DNA of 64,000 bases from the human T2T-CHM13v2.0 reference genome, Homo sapiens: the NCBI RefSeq assembly GCF_009914755.1, contig NC_060928.1; one strand, given 5' to 3'. The notes under the pieces are model-generated. The model saw nothing but the letters and a program-made list of their open reading frames with translations. It did no database searches and had not been told where the DNA came from. The first letter of the stretch is position 1; each line of letters opens with the position of its first letter. Below are positions 17,241 to 31,681 of this stretch, in pieces. The translations under genes were made by a program, and so were the position numbers.

Positions 17241-18499
17241 ATGCCTCTTTCACTTGGATTTGTTCAATTGAGTAAATGGAATACATTTCATGTGTCAATG
17301 TGGCTGCTGGCCGCCTGGGCATTGACAATCCAATGGATGTTCTATGAGGGCAGTTTCCTAGTCTGCTCATTATTTCATCTTCAGTGCTAGAATAATTATT
17401 ATGACATAAGAAACATTTAAAAAATGAGTGGGTAAATGAACAAATGCTGTCCAAAATCACCCTGCATCTGTCAACAAGAATGCACAAAGATCTGTAAATT
17501 TCAGACCAATAGTCCAATGTTTGTCAGATAATTTCCAAAGACTCTTGTAATAAACAAGCTGTCTCTAAGAAGCAACTGGCTTTTGTTCACTTACCCTAAG
17601 AAATTTCATTTCTGTGGTTAGAAGTTATTAGTAAGCAGCTTTAATGTTCTAGGGCTTTTAGCACATTCTAGTCTAAAACTCATTTTAAAGGTCTTGATGA
17701 CTATGGTTCAAGATTAGGAAGAATGAACTCTCTCTCTCAAAAGTGGGTAATGTCAACCAGAATCATCACCACATAAAAATATCAGGAAACTGAGGTAGAG
17801 ACACAATAAGGTATAACACTCCCACTGCATTATAGTGAATCATAGATTAAAATGTTTGTTCTCATGACTACATTACACACAAGCTCCATTTTTTTCTGTG
17901 AAAAGAGAAAAAGAAACATAATTTTAATTTTAATTGTGTGGATTTTTTTCTTTTAGCTTTTTCTGCCTATAGCGCCAACAAAGTATTAAACTTTAAAGCC
18001 ACAGCAGTATTCTAATTTCTAAAATTACTTTAAGAAACAGATTAAGGGCACTGCAGGTGGGAAAGGCATGATGACTTCACTGGGAGCATAATGTGAGAAC
18101 CATCATGATGGATGAACAAATCCAGCTAATGGAAAACATCCCATTTCACATTTCCTACCATCGTAATATAAAATAAAACATAGTTAATTTTTTTTCAAAA
18201 ACCTATTTTCATTTTAGTGTTTAATACCTGGTGTCTGTCAAAATCTTGCAGTTAATTAACTTCTCACACTCACAGCCTGCATCTCTTGATTGTATGCTGT
18301 CATCTTATAATAAAATTTAGCAGGATAGCACTGACTAATATCAAATGTTAAGGTCAAGTTCTATGACGCATTTAATGGATTTTCAAAAGGGAGAAAAGCA
18401 TGGTTTTAACTATTTGATATCAAATAATGACATTCAAAATTTTAATATTTCAGAAATTCTAAAGTAAATTGTGTTATACTAATTAAATAATAAGTAAAA

Positions 18500-18832
18500 T
18501 TATTATTTTTCTTATACTTTAAGTTCTGGGGTGCATGTACAGAACATGCAGGTTTGTTACATAGATATATATGTGCCATGGAGGTTTGCTGCACCCATCA
18601 ACCCGTCATCTACGTTAGGTATTTCTCCTAATAGGAGAAATAGCTCCTACATTAGCTATCCCTCCCCTAGACCCCCACCCCCTGACAGGCCCCAGTGTGT
18701 GATGTTCCCCGCCCTGTATCCGTATGTTCTCATTTTTCAACTCGCACTCATGAGTGAGAACATGTGATGTGTTTAGTTTTCTGCCCTTGTGTTAGTTTGC
18801 TGAGAATGATGGTTTCCAGCATCATCCATGTC
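18500..18832 (-). mobile_element. 5'-truncated L1PA (L1PA7/8-like) 3' end
   Basis: ttatactttaagttctgggg...catgcaggtttgttac...gagtgagaacatg, the antisense L1PA 3'UTR. Confidence 0.93.
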
Positions 18833-20470
18833 TTTTATTTTTTTTTTAAAGTCACTCATTAGCTCTAAGTTCTTTGAGGTCATGATTTATTCTTTACTAA
18901 ATCTTTGTATTCTCTCTACAAGACCTAGAAAATTGTTTTTTTTCTTGTAATCAGCACTCATATGTTTACCAAATAAACAAAAAGAAAATATTTTTCCAAA
19001 TGCAATTTTACACGTAAGATCTCAGAATTCTGATGCTACTATAAAAAAGGATTAAAAAGAGAAAATTTACTTTTTACGTTAATGGGAAATGTGATATTCA
19101 GATATTATAAATATTTTAAACAAAGCTATTGGGTAAAATATAATCAAACTAAGTAAGATATATACCTCACGTTCTCTAGGATCTTTTTTTATCCCCACAA
19201 TTTCTCAGACAAATGAAAATAGAAAGTTATTCTCACGTTGTGCATTAGAAGGGACCCTGGATTACTATCTGTGCCCTCATTCTAGCTCTATGACTCCCTG
19301 ACTTGTGCTTGGGATCTAGAATTTAAACCCGGATAGTCTCACTTTCATGATCTATAAAATAAGGGAATTTCTAACTAAAACAGACCAGGAAGATTATACA
19401 GACCAGCAATAAAGTTCTACAAAGATAAGCCAATGACACTTCACATATGGTCCCTAGCTTGTTGGACACCTTAGAGTTTACTCTTACTGGGTTTTGAATT
19501 AATCTAAAATTATAAATCATTTTTTGAGTCTTTACTGAAATTCTATATGCTTTTATTTTTATACATGATATTAGTTAAGTGAGTTATTGGGACTTAAAAA
19601 ATGATACTAATAACTGCTTTATTACTAGAATTTATTGAGGTCTCCAATTCTATGCTAAAAACAAAAATTAATGCAGAAAAATCAACATAAATATAGTTGA
19701 AATGCTGCAATTTTCCAGCAATCATTATATTCATGAATGCCTTGACTGATAAAGGTATTATTGATGAGAGCATTTAATTACTAGTCTTCATTAGTTTTTA
19801 ATTATGTTACTATTAGTTTCATTCATGTTATTTGACTTGTTGCTGGTTGTATCTTTCAATGTACAATGATAGTTATTTGTCTCAATGCATTTTTGCTCAG
19901 CTTTTAAATAAAAAATGTATAGATGCACAGTCTCTAAGGTACAATATATATTTTCCACACTGTTTTTGCTAAAATAACTATATTCATAATGTCCCCAGGT
20001 ATGCTTTATTATTTCTTTGCAATGATTTTGCATGATTTAAATAATTTGCAACATGCTATTAAAATAAAATTCTGAGATATTTGAAGCTTATAAATCATTG
20101 TTTTAATAAATAAAATCAAGTATAAAGTGCATTATTATTTTTCCAAAAATTTGCTTTAGCAAATTATTTCCTTATTAATAAATTTTAAAAATAGAATTTG
20201 CTTTAACAATACATTTACTGTAATTTGTTTTAAATTTTTAGCAACATTTTCATTGTAAATATTTTCTTTCCTCTTTTTGTTAAATCCTGGAGCTTATTTT
20301 ACTTGAACACAGTAGCAAGCATTAATAAGTGGATTGTAGTGCCTTTTCCTTGGACTAAAAGGACTATACTTAAAAGAATAGAATGTGTAAAAAAATAAAA
20401 AGAGAGAGAGAATAATTAATAGTAATCATTCTACAAAGCTAGTATCCCAGTTAATATTTACAAATATTAT

Positions 20471-21540
<1,070 letters not shown>

Positions 21541-22349
21541 AATATTTACAAATATTATAATAAAGGGACTGATAAGTAACCTGGGTCAAGCAGAACAATT
21601 ATTCAAGTATATGGATCTTCCTAGTAAGAAGGTAGGTGTGTGTGACTAAAGAAAATCTTATCTGATGCTCACGTTGATAATTTGTGAATACACAAGGCAC
21701 TCCCCTCTACACTACTTACTGTGAATCAGCCTTCACAAGTACCCATTTTTCTTTTTACTTTTAGAGACCTGACACGGGATATCTTTGAATCTATAGACTA
21801 GGTTTAAAGTAACCTGAGAATATGCATCACAGAAATTAAATAACACAATGAACCATGAAAGACATATTTTGGTGAGATCTCCCCTCAAATGAAAGAATAA
21901 AATGCCAAAAACATCCTGTAAAAAGCTAAATCTATCTTTTATTGGTATCATCATGAATTATGAATTTTCCACTTCTGACTCACAATGTGATCTTGGTTGT
22001 ATCTGTTCTGTCAGATTATACCTAAAACCAAAGTATCTAACTAGGTTTAGATACGGCAAGTGGTAGAGGAATAAAATTTGAGTGGCATGTATGTTTATTT
22101 AGAGAGGAATAATTTTTTACTTTCTGAGACATTTATGTTTTTAATGAGCAAGGAAAATAGTATTTCTAGTGTGAATTAGTTCTTACACAAGGATCATGAG
22201 ATGGTTTTCAGCAGGTACTAGTCCTATGTCCCACATTGACAAAATATGCTATATTAAAAATAATATTTCCCTAAAACAATCTTTTCACAGGCTATGGGAT
22301 TTGTGGAAAAACACTCAGGAAGAAGATAAATTAATATAGTGTTCTATTG

Positions 22350-22490
22350 AGAAGTTAGCAGCACAGGCATTAGGAAATTTGTGTCTGAGCCGTAATTCCA
22401 CCAGGAAACATGGCAGAAGCCTTGAGTGAATAACATTTTTTGCTTCATTTTCCCCATCAGTGAATTGGGAATAGAAGTATCATTTCATCT
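22350..22490. mobile_element. MIR fragment
   Basis: ccttgagtgaataaca...gcttcattttccccatcagtgaattgggaata MIR core. Confidence 0.6.
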
Positions 22491-22525
22491 TGTCTCATAC
22501 TATGTCCCATAAGCAAAAGAGGGGC

Positions 22526-22693
22526 TCAAAAACCTGAAAGGCTAAAATTCCAGACAAATAGAAATACATTCCCTGAAACTCTTACTATAAGAATATGAGC
22601 AATAGATTCAAAAAACTAAAAGGCTAAAATTCTAGGCAAATAAAAATATATTTCCTGAAATCTTTACTATAGGATATGAGCAAAAGATTCAAA
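22526..22693. repeat. Diverged tandem duplication, 2 x ~82 bp
   Basis: Copies start at 22526 and 22608 (aaaggctaaaattc...cctgaaa...tactata...atatgagcaa.agattcaaa). Confidence 0.9.
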
Positions 22694-23064
22694 TAAAACA
22701 AGCAAGAGTAGCTAGAAAATATCACAGATTCCACTAGTAAAATGCTTGTGGATTTTAATAATCCTATTCAGTTTACTGATGTGTGCTCAGATTGATCATA
22801 TGTTCCAAATCCTATAACCCACACATAGCAAGAACACTGAGACAATTGAATGAGCTTACATAAACTGCCTTGAAAGTAAGACTTGCCTTGTGTACTTCTC
22901 AAATAGTTTCGTTCTGTACACCCTTACTGCCACTAATGGATTTCAAACCTTCAACATTTTCTTTTATATAGCTTATACAATAAACTTTTCACTGTCATTG
23001 AACTCTATCTTGTTTTGCTTCCCACAAATTCATCTACCACACTGACATCAAAATCAAACTTCTA

Positions 23065-23336
23065 CACCAGGCAGGGTGGCTCACGCCTGTAATCCCAGCA
23101 CTTTGGAAAGCCAAGGCAGGCAGATCACCTGAGGTCAGGAGTTCAAGACCAGCCTGGCCAACATGGTAAAACCTGGTTGTTACCAAAAAATACAAAAGTT
23201 AGCCAGCTGTTGTAGAGCCCGCCTGTAATCCCAGCTACTCGGGAGGCTGAGGCAGGGAATCGCTTGAGAGGCAGAGACTGCAGTAAGCGGAGATCACTCC
23301 ACTACACTCCAGCCTGGGTGACAGAGCAGGACTCTG

Positions 23337-23407
<71 letters not shown>

Positions 23408-23439
23408 AGAGAGGAGAAGAGAAGATAAAAGAAGAGAAA
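23065..23439 (+). mobile_element. AluS whose tail has become (CA)n(GA)n, inserted into an L2
   Basis: Alu body 23067-23338, CA run to 23384, then GA run. TSD aaaatcaaa(c/t)ttcta at 23050-23064 and 23440-23454. Confidence 0.95.
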
Positions 23440-23454
23440 AAAATCAAATTTCTA

Positions 23455-23985
23455 AGGTGTAGATATGACAATTTTATTTCCCTGCTTAAAGTTTCAGTAG
23501 CTCCCCAGTGGCTTCCCAATATCTTATCATGACATATATGGGGCTCTGTGCCCTTGAACCTGCATATGTCTTCAGTCTTTGCTCCCATGGCACAGTACTT
23601 CTAACTGTGTGCTCCAGCAAACTATTGGAAGTTCCCAGGAAGGCAGGCTACTTTTGTGCCTATGTACCTTTGGTTCTTTTGCTTTTTCCTGGGACCTCCT
23701 TGCAATCTTTAGTTGCCTTTGGTTACTTTTCCTTTAAGCACCATTTAAGATATCCCTTTCTACAGAAGGACTTTCTGGGTGACTGCATTCGGAGAAGCAC
23801 ACCTTCTCTGCACTCCTATGCATGGTATGTATGTTTGTATTACTGCATTTACCACCTTGTGTTATTTATTGTGTATTTGGCTCTCCCTCTATAAAGACTT
23901 GTTCATCTTACAATTTGGATTCCTAGTGTCTATTATATTATTTACTGGCAAGATGCAAGATATCATTGTAAACATTAAATAGTCA
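23455..23985 (+). mobile_element. L2 fragment continuing after the Alu
   Basis: ttccctgcttaaag...gtagctcccc...ctccagcaaactatt, L2-like. Confidence 0.6.
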
Positions 23986-24329
23986 TTTTGAGCTGTTTCC
24001 CAGAAGAAAAATCAAGGATGGCGTCAGTCCTAATATGATTACCAATATCTAAGACGCACTTCTCTCTCTACCCTCTAATATATTGTGCTCTGAGTTATGC
24101 TTAGAAGGTGATTTACCATTTCTAAATATAACTGGTACCTGTTTCCTGCACATAAGTCTTGTATAACTGGTTCAAGTTTATTTATTTTTCAGGGTACAGT
24201 CCTATAAAATATGTCTTTGTCCTTTACCATGGCCTTCTGTCTAACACACAGATCAAATGTTTGCAAACTAAATGGATCCCACAATTATCTTTCTTCAAAA
24301 ATGTTATACATTTAACGATTTATTCTTCA

Positions 24330-24710
24330 AATATTGTATAACTTCTACAGCCTAAGCATTAAGTTTATAACAGTAAATAAGAGAGAAATATCCCTCCTTT
24401 AATGACCCAGGTATCCTAGTAAGAGTAAAGAAAGAAATAAACAATCAAAGTAGATAATTTCAGAAAGCAATAAGTGCTAGGAAGTGAAGAAAACAGAATG
24501 ATGTTCTCTAGGGAGCAGCCATAGGTGTATGCAGGTGAATGGTTGGAAGATCTTCCTGCGAGGGTGATGACTGAGCTAAGATCTAGTAAGGATCTGGAGT
24601 GGAGAGCATTCCAGGCAGAATGAAGAGCCAGGACCAAGACCACGAGGTGGAAACAGACTAACAGAAAGAAAGCCAGACCACGAGGCAGAAACAGACTAAC
24701 AGAAAGAAAA
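24330..24710 (-). mobile_element. L2 fragment containing a 38-bp tandem duplication
   Basis: ggagagcattccaggcagaa L2 motif; duplicated unit at 24637 and 24675. Confidence 0.6.
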
Positions 24711-24864
24711 TCAGGTCGACTTGCCTAAAAAGAGTGAGCTAGGGAAAAGCATGGCGGAAGAAACAAGGTTGCTGAAAGCAACTCTTATTTTCTTGGCTTT
24801 AGAAACCAAGAAAATGCATTTGGGTTTTATCTTAGCATAATGAAAAGACATGTAAGACTTCTGA

Positions 24865-25209
<345 letters not shown>

Positions 25210-25649
25210 AAGACTGATTTTTTACAATGAATTTTAAGTAGGACAAGAGTTGGGAGGCTATTGTAGCAGTATAGTCAAGACATGTTGGTGGTCTGGAAAG
25301 GGAGAATAATGGATACAGACTGAAGATGACTTGTTAACAAATTGCATATGAGAAGCAAGGTAAAGAGATAATTAAGAATAACATACGGGTACTTGGTTTG
25401 AGCAGCTAGAGGGATTTGGTGTCATCTCAATGGGGAAGAATAGGGAAGGAACAAATTTAGGGACAGAAATTCAGTATTTTGTTTATAGAAAGGCTAGCTT
25501 GAATTTAATGTCCAAATTCCTTAGTATAATGTATAAGGCTTTAACTTTTTTATTATGACATATAAGCAAATTCCTCAAATATTAAGGCAAGAAAAAGAAA
25601 AATGTAGCTAATTATTCTTTCCTTCAATGAAATAGATACTTTATGTTTC

Positions 25650-26190
25650 TACTCAATTAAACAAATATTTATTGAGCATTCACAGCCAGAAACTATGTCA
25701 GGCTCTAGGGCTATAGTAGCGAATGAAATGAAAATATATCAGCTCTGCTGGAACTTGCAACTGATAGGGAAGAAAAACATGCAAAACATTATGCTATGTG
25801 TTTATGAGAGTTACATAAGAAAAAGTTTCAGTACGGGAGCCAAGAGCTTAGGGAGCTGACCTTGATTTAGAGATCAGGAAAGCTTGCCCAAGAAACTGTC
25901 ATTACATTTAGATGATTCGAAGGATGAACAGGCATTGTCTAAGCTAAGGAGATGGTGGAGGGAGAGTTCCAGTCAGAGGACATAATCTATACCAAAACCC
26001 AAAAGTGAGAGAATGCAGTAGATATTATGAACCATAAAATGTTCCATATGACTGTATCTTAGAGTGTAAGGGGCAAAAGTGGCGTGAAATATGGTTGCAG
26101 AGGCAGGAAGAAGTTATGGAGTATGTTGGTAAGGAAATAAAACACTTAAAGCAGAAGAGTGGTATAAAATAATTTGTATTTTTAAAAGAC
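25650..26190 (-). mobile_element. L2 fragment (3' end)
   Basis: aacaaatatttattgagcatt...tatgtcaggctctagggctatag. Confidence 0.7.
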
Positions 26191-26239
26191 TAGAATGTGT
26201 AAAAAGTTAATTTTCAAAAAAACCCTTATCAGGCAGATT

Positions 26240-26380
26240 TTGTTATTATCCCCATTATATATGTTAGAAAATCAAAGCTTAGGCTGTTTCAGAAACCTGT
26301 TCAAGGCATAGCTAGTACTCAAACCAGGATTTAAATCAAATTTGATTTGATTAAAGTCCATGATTTCCCACTACGCCTTG
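26240..26380. mobile_element. MIR fragment
   Basis: ttattatccccatt...gaaaatcaaagcttagg...ccaggatttaaatc. Confidence 0.6.
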
Positions 26381-26984
26381 CTGCTTTATAATTTGCTAGT
26401 TCTTTCTGCTGTATCTACACAATGGTAGTCATAGTTCTCGAATATTTCCTACTATTTGCTTACGCCATTTCATAAAACATAAAAGCATCCTTCAAGATAC
26501 TGGGAACATGAATTTTCTTATCAAACTATAGTAACCCCTGTAGTGGGACAATATTTTGAGGTAGTCAATGTAATGTTTACTCTCTTAGTTCCTTTTGACC
26601 TATATCCATCCACCATTAAACCAAAATGGTGAAACACATACAAATGTACACACACATATGTACAAGCACAGAGAAAGGGAGAAAGAGAGAGAGAGAGAGA
26701 GAGAAATAACAGAGTAGATTGAGTTTCTGATTTTGGAGCTGTTCGCCCCCTCTCTCTCCTTGATATAGACAATAGTAATGAAAGCCCTGGATTTCAGTGC
26801 CTAGAATCAGACACCCATTGAGGTTTTATGGGATTTTTAGAGCTTTATTGTAAAAATCACATTTTAAACATTGGCAGACTCAAACAGCTTATATTAACCA
26901 CAGGGAAGGAAGGATGTATAATAATGAAGCAATTTTATTGGACATTCAGGTAAGAGAAAGAAGGAAAGAGAGGGATAGGGGTGT

Positions 26985-27409
26985 GTGGCTGTGTAGGAGA
27001 AAGAGAGAGAGAGATAGAGAGAGGGAGAAACTTATTTTGCTAATTTGGCTCATTCTATTGTGGAGGATTGGTAAATCGAAAATCTAATGGGGTAGCCTGG
27101 CAGCCTGGAGACTCAGCAAAGAGTTGCAGTTCAAGTCTAAAGGCTGTCTATTGGTCTTGTTCCTTCTTACTCCATGGAAGATAGTCTTTTGTTCGATTGC
27201 AGTCTTGAAATGATTGAATGAAACCCACCTACATTAAGGAGGGTAATCTGCTTTACTCAAAGTCCAGCTGTTTCAATGTTAATTTTACTACCCTCACCCT
27301 GTGCCAAAAAAACAAAACAAAACAAACCTTCATAGAAACATCCAGAATAATGTTTGACCAAATATGGGCACAATGCCCCAGCCAAGTTGACATATAATAT
27401 ATCCGTCAC
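26985..27409 (-). mobile_element. MLT2 (ERVL) LTR
   Basis: ggagggtaatctgctttactcaaagtcc...catccagaataatgtttgaccaaatat...gccaagttgacata, the MLT2 terminus. Confidence 0.8.
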
Positions 27410-28914
27410 TGAAGGACTTCGAAAATAGTAGAGATTTGCCTGACCTTCAATCTGGACTCTACGGAAAACACCCTCGCTTGAGAGTAGACATCATTGTGAA
27501 GTAACCTTGAGAAGAAAGTAAAAGAAACAAAAAAGCTGAGACTGAACTAAAAATGGGAAGTAACTGGGTTACAATTGTAAAATGTGTTTTATTCTACTAT
27601 CATGTTTAAAAACAGATCTACAGAAAAGTTAACTTTAATTATAAGGAATAAAAATATGTATTCACACATCTGATTTACATTTGTAATTCTAAAATTATGA
27701 CTTCACTGTAGTGTTCTGGGCATCACTCTACTAGTACCCAGTCCCTCTATTAGAAATGTTTGGATGTGATTTCTTTTTTCCCTACTATATATGAGAAACA
27801 GGCTTGATTATGTTTCTCTGTCTAAGCATAGTTGATAGATAGGTGCTAAATTGAAGTACGTGGCGTGAAGTCTCATCAAACGTCAAAAATTCTCAGATTT
27901 AACGTCATTTCATCAAAGTAAAAAACAACAAACTGATAGTTCACCATTTTGAACATGGTTAAAAGTAGAACAAATATTAGAAATCAACATATAAGAGCAG
28001 TCAAATAAAAAAACTGTTTTTCACTTACAAAAATTGTTTTGGATGAGTAATGTTTTCCTTCAGATTTTGGACACGTACCTCCACAAAAGAATCCATTTTT
28101 AAAAAATCACGACTTTAGTTTTTGCTCTTTGAGACAGCCAGGCAAAGGGAAAATAATATGAGCTTTTTACATTGTGTGAGTCACATTTTACTGTAAGTAC
28201 AGAACATATTTTGCCAGTGAAAAATGACATTAAATGTGTCATTCTTTGTTCAGTAGCAATGACCCAGTTATAGCTAACCATTTTGTGTGAAAAACTTTGT
28301 GCCTAATGAAATATGCAAGAAGCTCCTCTGATTCAGAAACCCTGGAATCCTGAAAATGCATACTATGACAGGCATCAGGAAGCTGGTAATGGTTGAGGCT
28401 GTGAAAAGAATGTCAAAGGTAATGCTGAAGGTGTCAAAAGACAATTCAGAGCCAAGTACTGAGAATTTTCTCAGCAGTGACACTTCCAGCCTTATTCAGC
28501 TTCATCAGAAGGTAATTTCTTCAAGGCCTTGTAAACTTAAATGGGAGCATTAAATATTTAATTTTACAATTACAACATTAAATTCTCTTGCCATTTCAGC
28601 ATTTTGATGTCTCTGTACAATCAAAAAACCTAATTTCTTTTAGTATAAACAGTTAAATAAAATAGTATTCAATTATTTTTAAACTAAAATGATCCAAATG
28701 CAGTGAACATTTTCTTTGAGAGAATGTCTTAATTCTTATATAGTGTTTTACTGTATCCATTCCTTTGATTTACTGAGTTTAAATCTACTATTCTTATTTT
28801 AATCCTATATAAACACTTTATTCTTAATCCCATAGAAAAGACTGATACCTAAGAATTCATTTCATTGTTAGTAATTGACAGAAAAGAAAACAATCTATGT
28901 ATAATGATCACATT

Positions 28915-29150
28915 CTGCCACTAAGTAATGATGAGAGCTTGTATTTACTGAGCAGTCAATATGTCCTCAAACTGTGCAAAGAACTTTACTTATTTTATTT
29001 GCTGTTTATAAAACATAATAGTATAGGCACTATTGACACTTGTATTTGAAAAACTAAAATAAGGCTTATGTAGGATAAGTTGCCCAGAGTCATATAGTGG
29101 AACCTGGGCTTGAACTCTGGAAACTCCAGCGCAAACTCGCTACTATAAAC
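28915..29150. mobile_element. MIR element
   Basis: tatttactgagc...aagttgcccagagtcata...ctgggcttgaactctgg. Confidence 0.65.
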
Positions 29151-29844
29151 AGTTTTGCTGGGGAATAAACTAACAGGAAACAGGCATGTCCATCATCCTC
29201 AATTGATTGCCTAAGAAAAAGAAAGATTTTAAAGTTTCCTATTTAATCTAAAATAACCAAAATTGTTCTAAATGAGTAATCAACATAGGTTCTATCAATT
29301 TACTGATAGTATGAAGATGTAATTTCTGTTTGTTTTCTTTGAAATACTTGCTAGAAATTTGAAATATTTGTTATTTCTTTGCTCTTACTACCCAAGGTTG
29401 AGCCACAGTTGTCTATTTAAAAAAAAAAAATTTCTCTAACTATTCTTGAATTTAATTTAACCTAGAGTACTATATCTCTACAACCATAAAAAATAGTGAA
29501 AAATAATTTGTAAGGTAGCCAAAGAAAGGAAAATCTAACTGAACTAAACAATTTGATAAAATTTTTCAGAATGATATACGTCACAGTAATATCTTCTGAG
29601 CAGTATACAATTAAACTCAAACTGCATTAACAATGACCATTAATAATAGGCTCAGCTTTAATAATATGAAACAAAAACTACATTCAAAAAATACCTGAAA
29701 TTGTAAATGACCCACTCTATTAATCTATTCTATTCTATTTGGTATTCTTAGATTTCTACTTCTGAAGACTAAAAGTAACATGACATCCCATCCCCGAGTT
29801 ATCTTTGTTAAAAAGTGAAAATGAAAAATAATAAATTTTATTTT

Positions 29845-30136
<292 letters not shown>

Positions 30137-31252
30137 AATAAATTTTATTTCATAATACACAAACCAAACTAAAGCTTTTTACTATTTTTTAATTTTTTTA
30201 TTGAATGGGCCAAAGTTGTTCCAAAAAACTTGTTCATTAAAACACAAATTAAAAGAAGCTTCAGTTTCTAAAATTTGGAAGTGCTTTGTTACATCAGACA
30301 TCAAACTAAGAATTAAAAAGGTAAGAGGAAAAAATTTCAGTCCATTGACTTACTGTAATACAGTCTCTACATTCACCTTTGTTTCAAGTAAAAAAGGAAG
30401 AATATTTTATTTTCAAAGACTATAAACCTAACTTTGAATTGGGGTCTCACTCCTTTGAAGATTCCTTATTATGTAACTATAAGATATTCAAATATATATT
30501 GGGAATTAGTCACTATACTTAATAATTTTATTTAATAATTGTAAATCAATAACAAAGGAAAAAACTCTGTAAACAGTAGAGAAAAACCAAGTTTTAAATT
30601 ATAATTAACAAGTATGATAATACTAAAAAAATTGTATTAATTTTATCATTAAAATTTACCATAAATACTAAATAAAAGTGATGATATAATAGTAACAGGG
30701 GATATTGACTGAGAATTTACTACGATGTAGGCACTGCTCTAAGCATTTATTGTATAAACTCTTTTAACAATAGAAAGTTCTTTTCCTCATTGATATTTTT
30801 GCAGGTGAGGAAGGGGTAACAGAAGCCATTATTAAGAAGTGAAGAGTAGTAATATATACCAAGATAAGTCATCATTATTTTGTGTTTTACAATGCATAAA
30901 AACATTATTTCCTAATACATCTGTATAACATGATCTCCTGGTTACAGCACTGCCAATTTGGAAATGTTTAATCCATTGTGGGCCAATACATTCAATAGCT
31001 TTTTTCAATTTTTCATTTTAAGTTTATTCATTTATTCATTTGACAAGTATTTCTTGGAGGCCTACTGTGTTACAGGCACCGGCAGTGAATCCAGATGGGA
31101 AGAAAACAGGCAGTATTAAACCAATCACCACAACAATAAATGTATAAATATAAATTGTGATAGTTTCAATAAAGGGAAAGCATATTTTATTAGGAAAACA
31201 TTAAAAAGAAACCAGTTTTGACTGGGCCGGAAAGAGATAAAACCTCACTGAA

Positions 31253-31681
31253 GGTTTGGAGTCTACTGTGCTGGGGGGACTGAGGTGAGGCAGCTGCAGC
31301 CTAGAGCTAGCAGATGAAGGGCTGCCTGCCTCCCTGCTGGTGTTCACCACAGCAGCGAAGCCAAGGCAGTTGTAGGGGGAACGGGGGTTCCCTGCTGAAG
31401 ACTGTGTGCACTGTTGCACTGGAGTTGGTTTGGGACCAGGTATGGGAGCTAAATGATGAGAACACATGGTCACGGAGAGGGGGATCAACACACACTGGGG
31501 CCTTTCGGAGGGTGGAGAGTGGGAGGAGGGAGAGGATCAGGAAAAATAACTAATGGATACTAGGCTTAATAACCTTGTGATGAAATAATCTGTACAACAA
31601 ACCTCTGTGGCACAAGTTTACCTATGTAACAAACCTGCACATGTACCCCTGAACTTAAAATAAAAGTTGAAAAAAAACCAA
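31253..31681 (+). mobile_element. TSD-bounded L1PA13-16-type insertion with a 5' inverted or foreign segment, inserted into an L2
   Basis: TSD aaaacctcactgaa at 31239-31252 and 31682-31695. 31443-31681 is an L1 3' end with A tail; 31253-31442 is GC-rich and resembles antisense L1 5'UTR. Confidence 0.85.
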
